Part shown: positions 44,719 to 55,992 of the stretch, piece by piece
How the letters are laid out: each line of letters starts with the position of its first letter
How positions within the stretch are numbered: position 1 is the first letter of the stretch
From: the human T2T-CHM13v2.0 reference genome, Homo sapiens
Assembly (NCBI RefSeq): GCF_009914755.1
Contig: NC_060937.1
DNA length: 64,000 nucleotides
Direction: 5' to 3' (one strand)
Made by a program: the position numbers and the translations under genes
The notes under the pieces: model-generated
Told to the model about the DNA's origin: nothing
What the model saw: only the letters and a program-made list of their open reading frames with translations
Databases searched by the model: none

Positions 44719-47099
44719 TTTTTTGTAGTAGAGACAGAGTGAATTGGTTCATTCTCATGCTTCCAATAAAAACATACACGAGCCTGGGTAATTTACAAAA
44801 GAAAGAGGTTTAATTGACTCACAGTTCAGCATGGCTGGGAAGGCTTCAGAAAACTTACAATCATGGTGAATGCAAACAAGAAGCAAGGCACCAGGAGGTG
44901 CTGAGCAAAAGGGGAAAAGCCCCTTATAAAACCTTCAGGTATCACTCACTGTCATGAGAACACCACGGGGGTAACCACCCCCATGATTCAATTACCTCCA
45001 ACTGGGTTCCTCCCATAACATGTAGGGATTATGGAAACTACATTTCAAGGTGAGATTTGGGTGGGGACAGAGCCAAACCATATCATTCTGCCCTCAGCCC
45101 CTTCCAAATTTCATGTCCTTACATTTTAAAACATGATCTTGCCTTTCTAACAGTTCCCCAAAGCCTTAGCTCATTCCAGCATTAACCCAAATGTCCAAGT
45201 CCAAAGTCTTATCTTAGACAAGGCAAGGCCCTTCTGCCTATGAGCCTGTAAAGTCAAAATTAAGTTAGTTACTTCATAGATACAATGAGGATATAGGCAT
45301 TGGGTAAATACACCTGTTCCAAATGGGAGAAATTGGCCAAAATGAAGGGACTGCACGCCCCATGCAAGTCCAAAATTCAATGGGTCAGTCAAATCTTGAA
45401 GCTCTGAAATGATTTCCTTTGACTTCATGTCTCACATCCAGGTCACGCTGAAGCAAGAGGTGGGCTCTCATGGCCTTGGGCAGCTCCACCCCTGTTGCTT
45501 TGCAGGGTACAGCCCTCCTCCTGGCTGCTTTCACAGGATGGTGCTGAGTGTCTGTGGCTTTTCCAGGCAATACAGTGTAAGCTGTCAGTGTATCTACCAT
45601 TCTGGAGTCTGGAGGATGGTGGCCCTCTTCTTTCAGCTCCACTAGGAAGTGCCCCAGTGGGGACTGTGTGGGGGCTCTGACCCCCATTTCCCTTCTGCAC
45701 TCACTGCCCTAGCAGAGGTTCCCCATGAGGGCTCCGTCCCCATCACAAATTTGTGCCTGAACACCCAGGCATTTCCATGCATCCTCTGAAATTTAGATGT
45801 AGATACCCAAACCTCAATTCTTGACTTCTGTGCACCCACAGGCCCAACGCCTCATGTAAGCTGCCAAGGCTTGGGCCTTGTACCCTCTGAAGCCATGGCT
45901 TGAGCTGTACCTTGGCCCTTTAGCCATGATTAGGACACAGGGCGCCAAGTCCTGAGACTGCACAGAGCAGCAAGTCCCTGCACCGGGCCCATTAAACCAT
46001 TTTTTTCCTCCTAGGCCTCCTGGCCTGTGATGGTTTGAGTTGCCGTGAAGGTCTCTGACATGCCCTGAAGACATTTTCCCATTGTCTTGGTGATTAATAT
46101 TTAGCTCCTCGTTACTTATGCAAATTTCTGCAGCTGGCTTGAATTTCTCTCCAGAAAATGGGTTTTCCTTTTCTATCTCATCATCAAGCTGCAAAATTTT
46201 TAAAACTTTTATGCTTTGCTTCCTCTTGAACACTTTGCTCCCTAGGAATTTATTCTGCCAGATACCCTAAACCATGTCTCTCAAGTTTAAAGTTCCACAG
46301 ATTTCTAGGGCAGGGGCAAAATGCCATCAGTCTCTTTGCATAGCAAGAGTCATCTTTACTCCAGTTCCCAACAATTTCTCATCTCCATATGAGACCACCT
46401 CAGCCTGGACTTCATTGTCCATGTCACTATCAGCATTTTCCTCAAAACCATTCTGCAAGTCTCTAGGAAGTTCCAAACTTCCTCACATTTTTCTCTCTTC
46501 TTCCGAACCCTGCAAACTGTTCAACCTCTGCCTGTTACCCAGTTCCAAATTCACTTCCACATTTTTAGGTATCCTTATAGCAACGCCCCACTACCTCAGT
46601 ACATATTTACTGTATCAGTCCATTCTCATGCTGCTAATAAAGACATAACCAAGCTTGGGTAATTTATAAAGTAAAGAGGTTTAATTGACTCACAGTTCAT
46701 CATAGCTGGGGAGGCTTCAGGAAACTTACAAGCATGGTAGAATGCAAAGGGGAAGCAAGTCACCTTCTTCATGAAGTGGCAGGAAGGAGAAGCACAAGCA
46801 AAGGGGCAAAAGCTCCTTATAAAACCATCAGATCTTGTGAGAACTCACTCACTATCATGAGAACAGCATGGGGGTAACTGCCTCCATGATTCAATTACCT
46901 CCCACTGGGTCCCCATCATGATATGTGAAGATTATGGGAACTACAAATCAAGATGAGATTTGGTTGGAGACACAGCCAAACCATATCATGGGGTCTCACT
47001 TTATTGCCCCGGCTGATTTCAAACTCCTGGGCTCAAGTGATCCTCCTGACTTGGCCTCCCAAAGTGCTGGGAATACAGGCATGAGCCACCATGCTCAGT
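44719..47099 (-). mobile_element. FLAM monomer split by a THE1 provirus (pieces 44719-44739 and 46989-47099)
   Basis: TTTTTTGTAGTAGAGACAGAG | TGGGGTCTCACT...GAGCCACCATGCTCAG. TSD CCTAA(G/A)GTCTAAATTCT at 44701 and 47100. Confidence 0.8.
44740..46988 (-). mobile_element. Complete THE1C/D-like MaLR provirus (LTR 44740-45085, internal 45086-46610, LTR 46611-46988)
   Basis: Two LTRs ending AGCCAAACCATATCA and sharing GAGGTTTAATTGACTCACAGTTC...GAAACTTACAA; typical THE1 internal sequence; decayed 5-bp TSD CAGAG/TGGGG. Confidence 0.9.
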
Positions 47100-47146
47100 C
47101 CTAAAGTCTAAATTCTTAACATCTAAAATCCAGAAAATCACAGTGA

Positions 47147-47425
47147 CAGGAGAGTTGTACCAAGTTAGTTGCATCGTGTTAGGTACAACTGTTGCTTTGT
47201 TTTCTTTTTATTTGGAAATTATGTATGGTTTAAGGAGGTCCATATGGGTGCCAAATCTACAAGGGGTGGACTTGCAGACTTAATTTCAGGTGTCAACTTG
47301 ACTGGATTAAGGAATCCCTGGAAAGCTGGGACAGCATTATTTTGGGTATGTCTGTGATGGTTTTCTCAGAAGAGATCAGTGTGTGGGTCTGAGCGGACTA
47401 GGTGGGGAAGATCTGCTGTCACTGT
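47147..47425 (+). mobile_element. ERVL internal 3' end, polypurine tract and partial MLT2B LTR carried inside Ricksha
   Basis: PPT AAGGGGTGGACT (47261-47272) followed by GGTGTCAACTTGACTGGATTAAGG...GGACTAGGTGGGGAAGATCTG. Confidence 0.75.
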
Positions 47426-47639
47426 TTTGAATGTCCTGAATATCACAGAAGAAGTTAAAATGAAAGTAAAAAATGGACAAAATCTTGTCTGCCAAATTAT
47501 GTAATCATGTACCAAACACCTCTACAGGTAGCACCATGCTTGCCTTCACAAAATGCCTTTTGTGAGATAATAAAAATAGTTCAACAAATTCAGTGGCCTT
47601 CTGAGCCAGACACCTCCTGGCACAGAGCTTCCTCTAGTG

Positions 47640-48552
47640 CTACAAGACATATTAAATCATGAACTATTCTTGATTAGGGATTTGACTGTCAAAAAAGATA
47701 AACATGTTTATTTACCACTAAGTTTAACATAACAAAACTGGTGCATGTTTCACTTTGGCTGATGAACGGCACTTTCAAAACTGTCCCCAGTGGGTTTTTT
47801 AAATCAACTTTATACAGTTTATGCCCCCATTGGATTACAAAATTCTGTAATTTAATCTGCATGTTTATGGTTTCATAACTGGAAAAAGTGAAGTACTTTT
47901 TAAAAGCTTATTTGAAGATTTGGAGGGCTTTGCAGAAGAAAATAGATTTCAATTGCATCCCCAAATTATAATGACAAGTTTTTAATTAGGTGTGATCAAG
48001 GCTTCTAAAAGTGAAATGCAAGTTGTTACCAGTAAAGTTTATATCTTCCATTCAGCCCAGCTCATTTTCCAGAAAATTCAGATGAGTGGATTGGCCAGGC
48101 CATCTGGCAATGATGAAAATTTTAGTTTAAAAATGTGTCATTTGTCTGTATTGGCATTCCTTCCACCTGATAAAATTCCAGGAGCTTTTGATAAATTAAA
48201 ACCACAATTGCCTGAAGAAGACAGAAATATTACATACTGGTTTGAAAATAATGATGTGCAAGGTAGGATAAGAAGTCATTTAGGCAATGGTGTTGCTGTT
48301 CAATCAAAAGTATTGTTTCTGAAAAATGAGTGTCCTGTATATGAGGGCCTGCAAAATGGATTTCCACATACTCAAAATAATAGACGAGAATGGCATAGAA
48401 GATTGGAAAATGTAATAGGAAATGTTCATGTCAGTGTGTATCAAATTATAGAAGAATTTCAAAAAGAGCAGTGCCACGTAGAAAATGAATGTGAATGTAT
48501 TTTATCAGGAGAGTCAAATCCTAAAAACAAAAAAGACAACTATTCATCGTGA
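47640..48552 (+). pseudogene. Decayed MULE transposase; open 186-codon C-terminal part at 47992-48552
   Basis: WLMNGTFKTVP at 47756-47788 (DGTF motif with D>N), then frameshifts. The ORF contains IFHSAQ, LAFLPPDKIPGAF and PHTQNNRREWHRRL, typical of MULE transposases. Confidence 0.75.
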
Positions 48553-49264
48553 TGCATGACTTCAAAATATAGCTAATGATCGTGAAAGTCAGCCAGCTAT
48601 GATGAACTCTGCAAATGCCCATAATCTATCCATGTAATATACTTTTTATGTGTCAATTTTCTTTTTAGTTGTTTCTTTTTCAATTTTTCCACTATTTTAA
48701 ATTGTCACCATTATTTTTTACAAGTTGCTATGCTGTGTATTTCATCTTAGTATCACTTCAATACTGAAGGTATAAATTTTGCAAAGACTTTTAGAGAATT
48801 CTAATTTGTTTTATGCATTTTTTTTGCAAATTTAACTCCACAAGAGTGCATTATCACAACACTGACTTTGTGTGTAACCATTGCACATGCACATAAAAAC
48901 ATTAAAGTTTCCTCAATAAATGAAAAGATATCCTTTTTGCACATTTGCATTTGGGAAAGAGAAAATTCCTCAGGATCTCAGCTCTTTGACTACATATTAG
49001 ATGGTGACCCATCCCAGCTTTTGATGAATCTGGTCAAAAGACTTAGGTTGTCACAATATTCCAGATGACCTAAGTTATAAAGCTGAGTGCACCCAGTTAC
49101 CAACCATGCTTTTATACATTTTGCTTTTTGACCCATTTATTTACAAATACAACTCATCTGCTCATTACCATTATACCCGTGAGACTATCGTTAGCATACC
49201 TGAGTTTTATGCTTGCAAATATATGTATGTTATTATTGCCTATTGATTGTGTAAAGTGGCCTAG

Positions 49265-49625
<361 letters not shown>

Positions 49626-51142
49626 CAATAAATGCTTTTTAAAGAATGTGTTAATAATTTTTTTCCAGAATTGTATGTTCAGAATTTTGATTTTTTAGGA
49701 TTGTAATTTTCAGGATTTTAGACTGTACAGATTTTGATCTTTTGGGACTTCAACATTCGGGATTATGACGTTTACGATTGTGTTTTCCTGGGCTGTGGCC
49801 CAAACTCGTGTGGTCCAACACTATTTCACATGAGAGGAAAGCAAACCACGTGCACAGATGCAATGAAGGCTTAATTAGGAATCTTGTATAGATTATATCC
49901 CAGGAAAACATGATTAAGATGATACATAACGACTTTTTTTCCCCCAGTGAAAAAGATCCACATTCTTTTTCTTGTGTGGAATTAAACACAATTTCTGAAT
50001 CAATGTAAGTGAATGCAAATCACCACGTTCACTTAGCTGATGCTCCTTTATTAACAGGGATAGAAAGGAGGTCATTCGAAGAGATGATGGCACGGGACCC
50101 AGGACCTGAGGAAGCTGCAGTGGGTGAAGGGGAGAAACAGGAGCAGGGGCTGGAGAAAGAGTGGGGAGTCATCAACCACCCTCCTTTCTCCTGGCGTCTG
50201 GTTTTCGGAGCCCAGAGGTCTTCTCTAGGGCCTCAGAGAAGCTTCCAAGTCTGTTCATTTCTCTTTCCCCACCCCTGCTTGTATCACAAATAAAGAAATT
50301 ATTGACAACTGAATTCCTGACTAGGTGGCAGGATTTTAGGGACCCTTCACCTCGTCTGAAACTCATGAAGGTAGTGGGAATCCCATGGGTTAGTTAGCAA
50401 TAGTCCCTGAGATTATTTGGTCATATAAATAATCAGAAAACTCATAGTCATCTTGCTTTTCTTATAATGCCCAGCTGGGGGATGGTGGGGGTAGGTAGGA
50501 CTGGAGTGAGAAGAGATAGAACCAGAGATGGCTTTCATGTATGGGGATCTCCAGAGCAATCAGGCCTAAGTACAACCAAGAAGGGTCTTGAAGCCGCTCT
50601 GGTGAGGGCAGCCTGGTCTCAGGCCCCAGCTCACACCAAGAACGTCACCTGTCTGACTGGGAAGCTTAAGCAATGTGTTTCTGTTTTTGCTTTTGTTTTC
50701 TGGTAAAGAATTCAATGTCATTAGCTACATTCACAATGCTGTGCAATCATCACCACTATCCATTTCTGAAACATTCTATCATCCCAGACAGGAACTCTGT
50801 GCCCATTAGACACTAACCCCGCCCATTTCCACCTCCTGCCAGTCCTGAAAACCTCTATTCTGCTTTGTGTCTCTATTAATTTGCCTGTTCCAGGTTCTTC
50901 ATATAGATGGAATCACGTAGTCTGTGTTTGACGTCTGACTTAGCATAATGTTTTTAAGTTTTATCTATGTGGTAGCAAGTATCAGAATTCCCTCCCTTTT
51001 TAAAGATCACTAATATTCCATTTTATGTCTATACCACGTTTTGTTTATCCATCTATCCCTCAATAGACTTTTTAGGTTGTTTCCACCTTGTGGTTCCTGT
51101 AAATAAGGCTGCTGTAATGCTGCAATGAACACAGGTGTAGCA

Positions 51143-51674
51143 GGCAGGTGTGGTGGCATGTGCCTGTAGTTCCTGCTACTCAGGCATCTGAGGCAGGAAG
51201 ATTGCTTGAGCCCAGGAGTCCTGGGCTGCAGTGTGCTGTGTTGATCAGATGTCTGCACGAAATTAGACATTAGTACAGTGACCTCCTGGGATAAGGGACT
51301 ACCAGGTTGCCTAAGGAGGGGCGAACCGGCCTGGGTTGGTGACAAAGCAGGGCACAACTCCCAGTTTGACCAGCAGGGGGTCATGCCTGTGGATAGTCAC
51401 GCAGCAGGGAGATCCTGCCCGTGGACAGCCCCGCAGCAGGGAGATCGTGCCTGTAAACAGCCCCACAGCAGGGGGTCATGCCTGTGGACAGCCCCTCACC
51501 AGGGGTTCGTGCCTGTGGACAGCCCCGCAGCAGGGGATTGTGCCTGTGGACAGCCCCGCAGCAGGGGGTCGTGCCTGTGGACAGCTCCCCAGCAGGGGGA
51601 TCATGCCTATAAACAGCCCCTGCACTCCAGGCTGGGAAACAGAATGAGACCCTATTTATTAAAAAAAAAAAAAA
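51143..51674 (+). pseudogene. 7SL (SRP RNA) processed pseudogene with an internal tandem expansion
   Basis: S-domain CCAGGTTGCCTAAGGAGGGGCGAACCGGCC, Alu-domain ends, A-tail 51661-51674. TSD core GAACACAGGTG at 51127-51137 and 51696-51706. Confidence 0.92.
51371..51621. repeat. 31-32-bp GC-rich minisatellite, 8 copies, derived from 7SL
   Basis: Unit CAGCAGGGGGTCGTGCCTGTGGACAGCCCCG at 51371, 51402, 51434, 51466, 51497, 51528, 51559 and 51590. Confidence 0.93.
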
Positions 51675-51841
51675 GAGGGGGGTGGGGTGGGGAGAGAACA
51701 CAGGTGCACAAGTATCTATTTGAGTAACTGCTTTCCATTCTTTTGAAGATAGATATAGGTAGATAAAGATACAGATATAGAGATTTATAGATGTGAGTGG
51801 GATTACTGAATCATATGGTAATTCTATGTCTAAATTCTTGA

Positions 51842-52262
<421 letters not shown>

Positions 52263-53226
52263 CTGATTTTTTCTTTTTTGATAGCAGCCATCCTAATCGT
52301 TGTGCAGTGTGTGTGTGTGGGGGGGGGGGTTTAATATCACATTGGTGATTCTAATGCGTAACCAGGAAAGAAAAGCTTGGATTCTGGGTCTCAATTTTTC
52401 ATCTAGGTAAACCAGAGCAAATAAAACCTATTGAAGAGTTCTCCTGATGATTGAATGAGTTTCCCCATAGAAGGCAAAATCTACAAATGTTGGTTCCTCT
52501 CTTAGTCCCTTGGAATTCTACTAAACTTCCGACCTCAACATACAGAGAAACTCTCTGAAGCCTAAAACTATGCAGATTTGACACAGGGCTGATTTTAACT
52601 TCTGTTTTGCTTTTACCCTATAGGTAGCTGCAGATGTCACATGTGTCCTCCATGACATCTAAACAGCACTACACCTGCACCAGCTTTCCTCTCAAATTAA
52701 CTACTCATCAGTTCTATTATTAAACAAACAAGGAGCAGCTGTAATACTGAAGGAATGCGTGGAATTGTGCTTTAAAATTACATCTCTGCCAACACTTTTA
52801 GTTTGCTTGTTGAATAACTACAAGTTTTCCAGTTAAATTAATAGAATACATTATACCCATAAAATCCTGAAATACTTGACAATACACACAACAAAATATT
52901 TTACAAGTAGAGAATATAATAAATGTATGACACTTTAGAAATTCATTGAGATAGGTTTAAACAGTGTTTACTTTTATTTGGTGTGCTTTCTTTCATCTCA
53001 CAGTAATAAGCTGTGGTTTAGTTTATCGGCTGAATAGTCACTATGCAGTCTTTTGTAAAATTGTGGAGGTTCGCAGTAATGTGATTATTGAGCTTCAACA
53101 GAATACACAGAAGATCCCAGGAACCACCAACTAATCCATCCACTATGCAGTATCTAAAGTGTTTGCAAAAATAAAAAACAACAACAACAACAAAAAAAAC
53201 TGAACAGCTGACTTGTAGCAAAGCTA

Positions 53227-53280
53227 TCAGGTTAGTGCAAAAGTAATTGTGGTTTTGCCATTGAAAGTAATGAAAGTAAT
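53227..53280. mobile_element. Partial MADE1 (Hsmar1-derived MITE)
   Basis: TCAGGTTAGTGCAAAAGTAATTGTGGTTTTGCCATT matches a mariner TIR; the second TIR is absent. Confidence 0.75.
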
Positions 53281-53727
53281 TGAAAGAATAGGTGTTCTAG
53301 CTGGACATTCTACAATGCATGCCACAACCATGGATCAATTGTGTATTGAAAACCCAAACCAACTGAGGATCACTGCTGTGCATTATTCCCATCGTGTCAT
53401 AATGTGGCAAACTAAAACTAAGGACTTGTAACAAGGGATTTTCAGAGGGAGAGCAAACATATTGGTTAAAGCAAAGAAAACTGGCAATTTTCAATTTTCT
53501 CAAATCAAACTATTCACTACTTTGTACCCTTCTCTACAAAATCCAGAACTTTAGATAGGATTACCCTTAGGCAAAACTGTAAAATGAGCAGCTTCTGATC
53601 AATAGGCCTCAACTCCTTTTCCCTTCTGTATCACAGACCGTGTGGGTGAATCCATCACGTGACCTAATATGATTTGGCCAGTTGGGAAAGGTCTTTTTAA
53701 AGAACTAACACTCAGGCTGGGATCTAG

Positions 53728-53880
53728 AGCAAAGCACCGTAAACTTGAATGTGCATATGAACCACCTGGGCACCTTGTCAACAAGCAGATTCTGATTCAT
53801 TGGATCTAGGGTGGTGCCTCAGCTCTAGCAAGCTCCCAGAGATGCCTATGTGACTGCCTTGGACATCAGTTACAGTAGCA
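53728..53880. mobile_element. MER5-like hAT element
   Basis: AAACTTGAATGTGCATATGAACCACCTGGG...GCAGATTCTGATTCA...CAAGCTCCCAG. Confidence 0.65.
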
Positions 53881-54189
53881 AGAATATAAGCAGATACCAG
53901 CCAACAAAGCAGGAGTGAATGCTTCATGGCCCAGGCAGCCCTGGACCACGCCAGCTCAGGGATCTGAGAAAAGAGTAACTGGACTGAGGTCTATGAGTGC
54001 TTCCATGAGAGGTGAGGCTGAGAAGGTGGACAAGATCTAGGTTAATGTGTTAACTTCCTACTAAATGCAAGGCTAGGCTCTGCATAAACAGAAACAAATA
54101 AGGCAAACCTAGTCCTTGCATCTTTAGAGCTTGCAGTCTAGCAGAATTATTTCGTGGGTAGAAAATCATTAAATATTTTTAAACGAAGG

Positions 54190-55040
54190 AGAGACATGAT
54201 CTAATTGAAATTTTTAAAGAACCTCTCTGGGTGTGCCATAGAGAAGGTATTGGAGAGGCAAAAAGTTGGAAAGAGGAGTATATGTTTGCAGATCAGCTGA
54301 AAGATGCGGATGGCAGAAGCGGATAATTTTAGCACATATTTTGAAAGTGAAATAACAGTACTTGGTTGCAAGTTGTGATGGTAGGGTGGTTGCAGGAAGA
54401 AGAAAGCATCAAGGATGATGATGCTTTCTGGAAGAAGCAAATGGGTAAATGGAGACGATTTTTATAAGGAATGGTAAGGCTGAAGAAGAAATAAACTAAC
54501 AAAAGGGAAATGATTGAGGAAGTGGCATAGATGTGGGGGCAGAACTCAAGAGTTTTGAATTCTGATTTTAGGAATGCCTGTGAAAATCCCAGTGGAGATT
54601 TCAAGATGGCAGGTGCACATAATGTTTTGGAGCTTGGGAGGAGAGGTCTGTAGGAGCCATATGCATATCAATGGTATCTAAAGCCATAGGAATTAGTAAA
54701 ACCTTGTCTAGAGTCTGTGTAGGCAGGGCTGTCCAATCTTTTGGCTTCCCTGGCTGTATTCAAATAAGAAGAATTGTCTTGGGCCACACATAAAATATAC
54801 TAACATTAACAATAGACGATGAGCTTAAAAAATCATAAAATATCTTATAATGCTTGAAGAATGTTTACAAATTTGTGTATGGCTGCATTCAAAGCTGTCC
54901 TGGGCCACACGTGGCCCACAGGCCATGGGTTGGACAAGCTTAGTATGGAATAAGAACAGAAGAGGACCCAGGATTTAGGAACTTCAACATTTAAAGTTTG
55001 GGCAAAGAGGGAGAAGCTGATAAGAAAATAGTTCAAGCTA
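54190..55040 (-). mobile_element. L2 fragments with a nested MER30
   Basis: GACATGATCTAATTG...ATATTTTGAAAGTG...GAGGACCCAGGA...CAACATTTAAAGTTTGGGCAAAG. Confidence 0.6.
54724..54941. mobile_element. MER30 (hAT-Charlie) element
   Basis: CAGGGCTGTCCAATCTTTTGGCTTCCCTGG...GGGTTGGACAAGCTT. Confidence 0.88.
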
Positions 55041-55117
55041 GAGGAAGAGGTCAGGGGTCTACTCTACCGAATGTTCCTGAGACCCCATTGGACTTATATA
55101 TTACATAATATGTACAA

Positions 55118-55228
55118 TATATGTTACTTTGGTGATGGATACCCTAATAGCTTTGAACTGACCACTATGCATGGGACAAAATTGCACATGTATCCCATAA
55201 ATTTTATATAAACAAAGGTAAATAAATA
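55118..55228 (+). mobile_element. L1MA-like 3' terminus
   Basis: GGTGATGGATACCCTAATAGC...AAAATTGCACATGTATCCCATAAAT. Confidence 0.7.
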
Positions 55229-55518
55229 GAAGGAAGGAAAGGAGAAAGAGAGAGAAGGAAGGAAGGAAGGAAGGAAGGAAGGAAGGAAGGAAGGGCGAGG
55301 AAAGGAAAGGAAAGAAGGAGAGGAGAGTGAGGAAAGGAAGAGAAGGGAAAAGAAAGGAAAGGAAAGGAAAGGAAAGGAAAGGAAAGGAAAGGAAAGGAAA
55401 GGAAAGGAAAGGAAAGGTAAGGGAAGGAAAGAAGGAAGGGAGAGCAAGGGAAGGTTAGGAAAGGGAGGGAAGGAAGGAAGAGAGAAAGAAAGAGGAAAGA
55501 AGGAGAGAGAGAGAAAGA

Positions 55519-55586
<68 letters not shown>

Positions 55587-55612
55587 GGAGAGAAAGAAAG
55601 AGAGAAAGAGGA
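55229..55612. repeat. ~380-bp polypurine tract with (GGAA)n, (GGAAA)n and (GAAA)n blocks
   Basis: Direct reading; only a handful of pyrimidines on the plus strand. Confidence 0.95.
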
Positions 55613-55644
55613 ATAGTGTTCATGATGTTTAGGAATCACCAATT

Positions 55645-55992
55645 CTGGGGGTGCTGAATTGTGTCCCCCCAGATTCCTATGTTGAAGAGCTGATCCCCAC
55701 TGCCTCAGAGGGACTGATTTAGAGAAGGCATTCAAAGAGGTAAGTGAGGTCAAATAAAGCCATATGGGTGGACCCTAAACCAATATGGCAGGTGTCCATC
55801 TAAAAAGAGATTGAGACACAGGCAACACAGCCTGAGGACACAGCAAGAAGGGAGGCATCTGCAAGGCAGCAGTTCTCAGAAGAAGGCAAACCTGCTGACA
55901 TTCCATCGTGGATTTCCAGTCTTCAGAGCTTGAGAAGATAAACCACTCAATCTGTGGCAGCTTGTGATGGAAGCCCCTAGCACTCTTATATG
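55645..55992 (+). mobile_element. MLT1B-like solo LTR
   Basis: GCTGAATTGTGTCCCCCAGATTCCTATGTTGAAG...GGTGGACCCTAAACCAATATG. Confidence 0.75.

Noticed and set aside
45171-46648. Several 60-140 aa ORFs
   Set aside because: All lie within the THE1 internal region and show no credible independent coding signal.
55124-55753. 209-aa and 139-aa F/L/S/P-rich ORFs
   Set aside because: Artefacts of the polypyrimidine strand of the GA tract.
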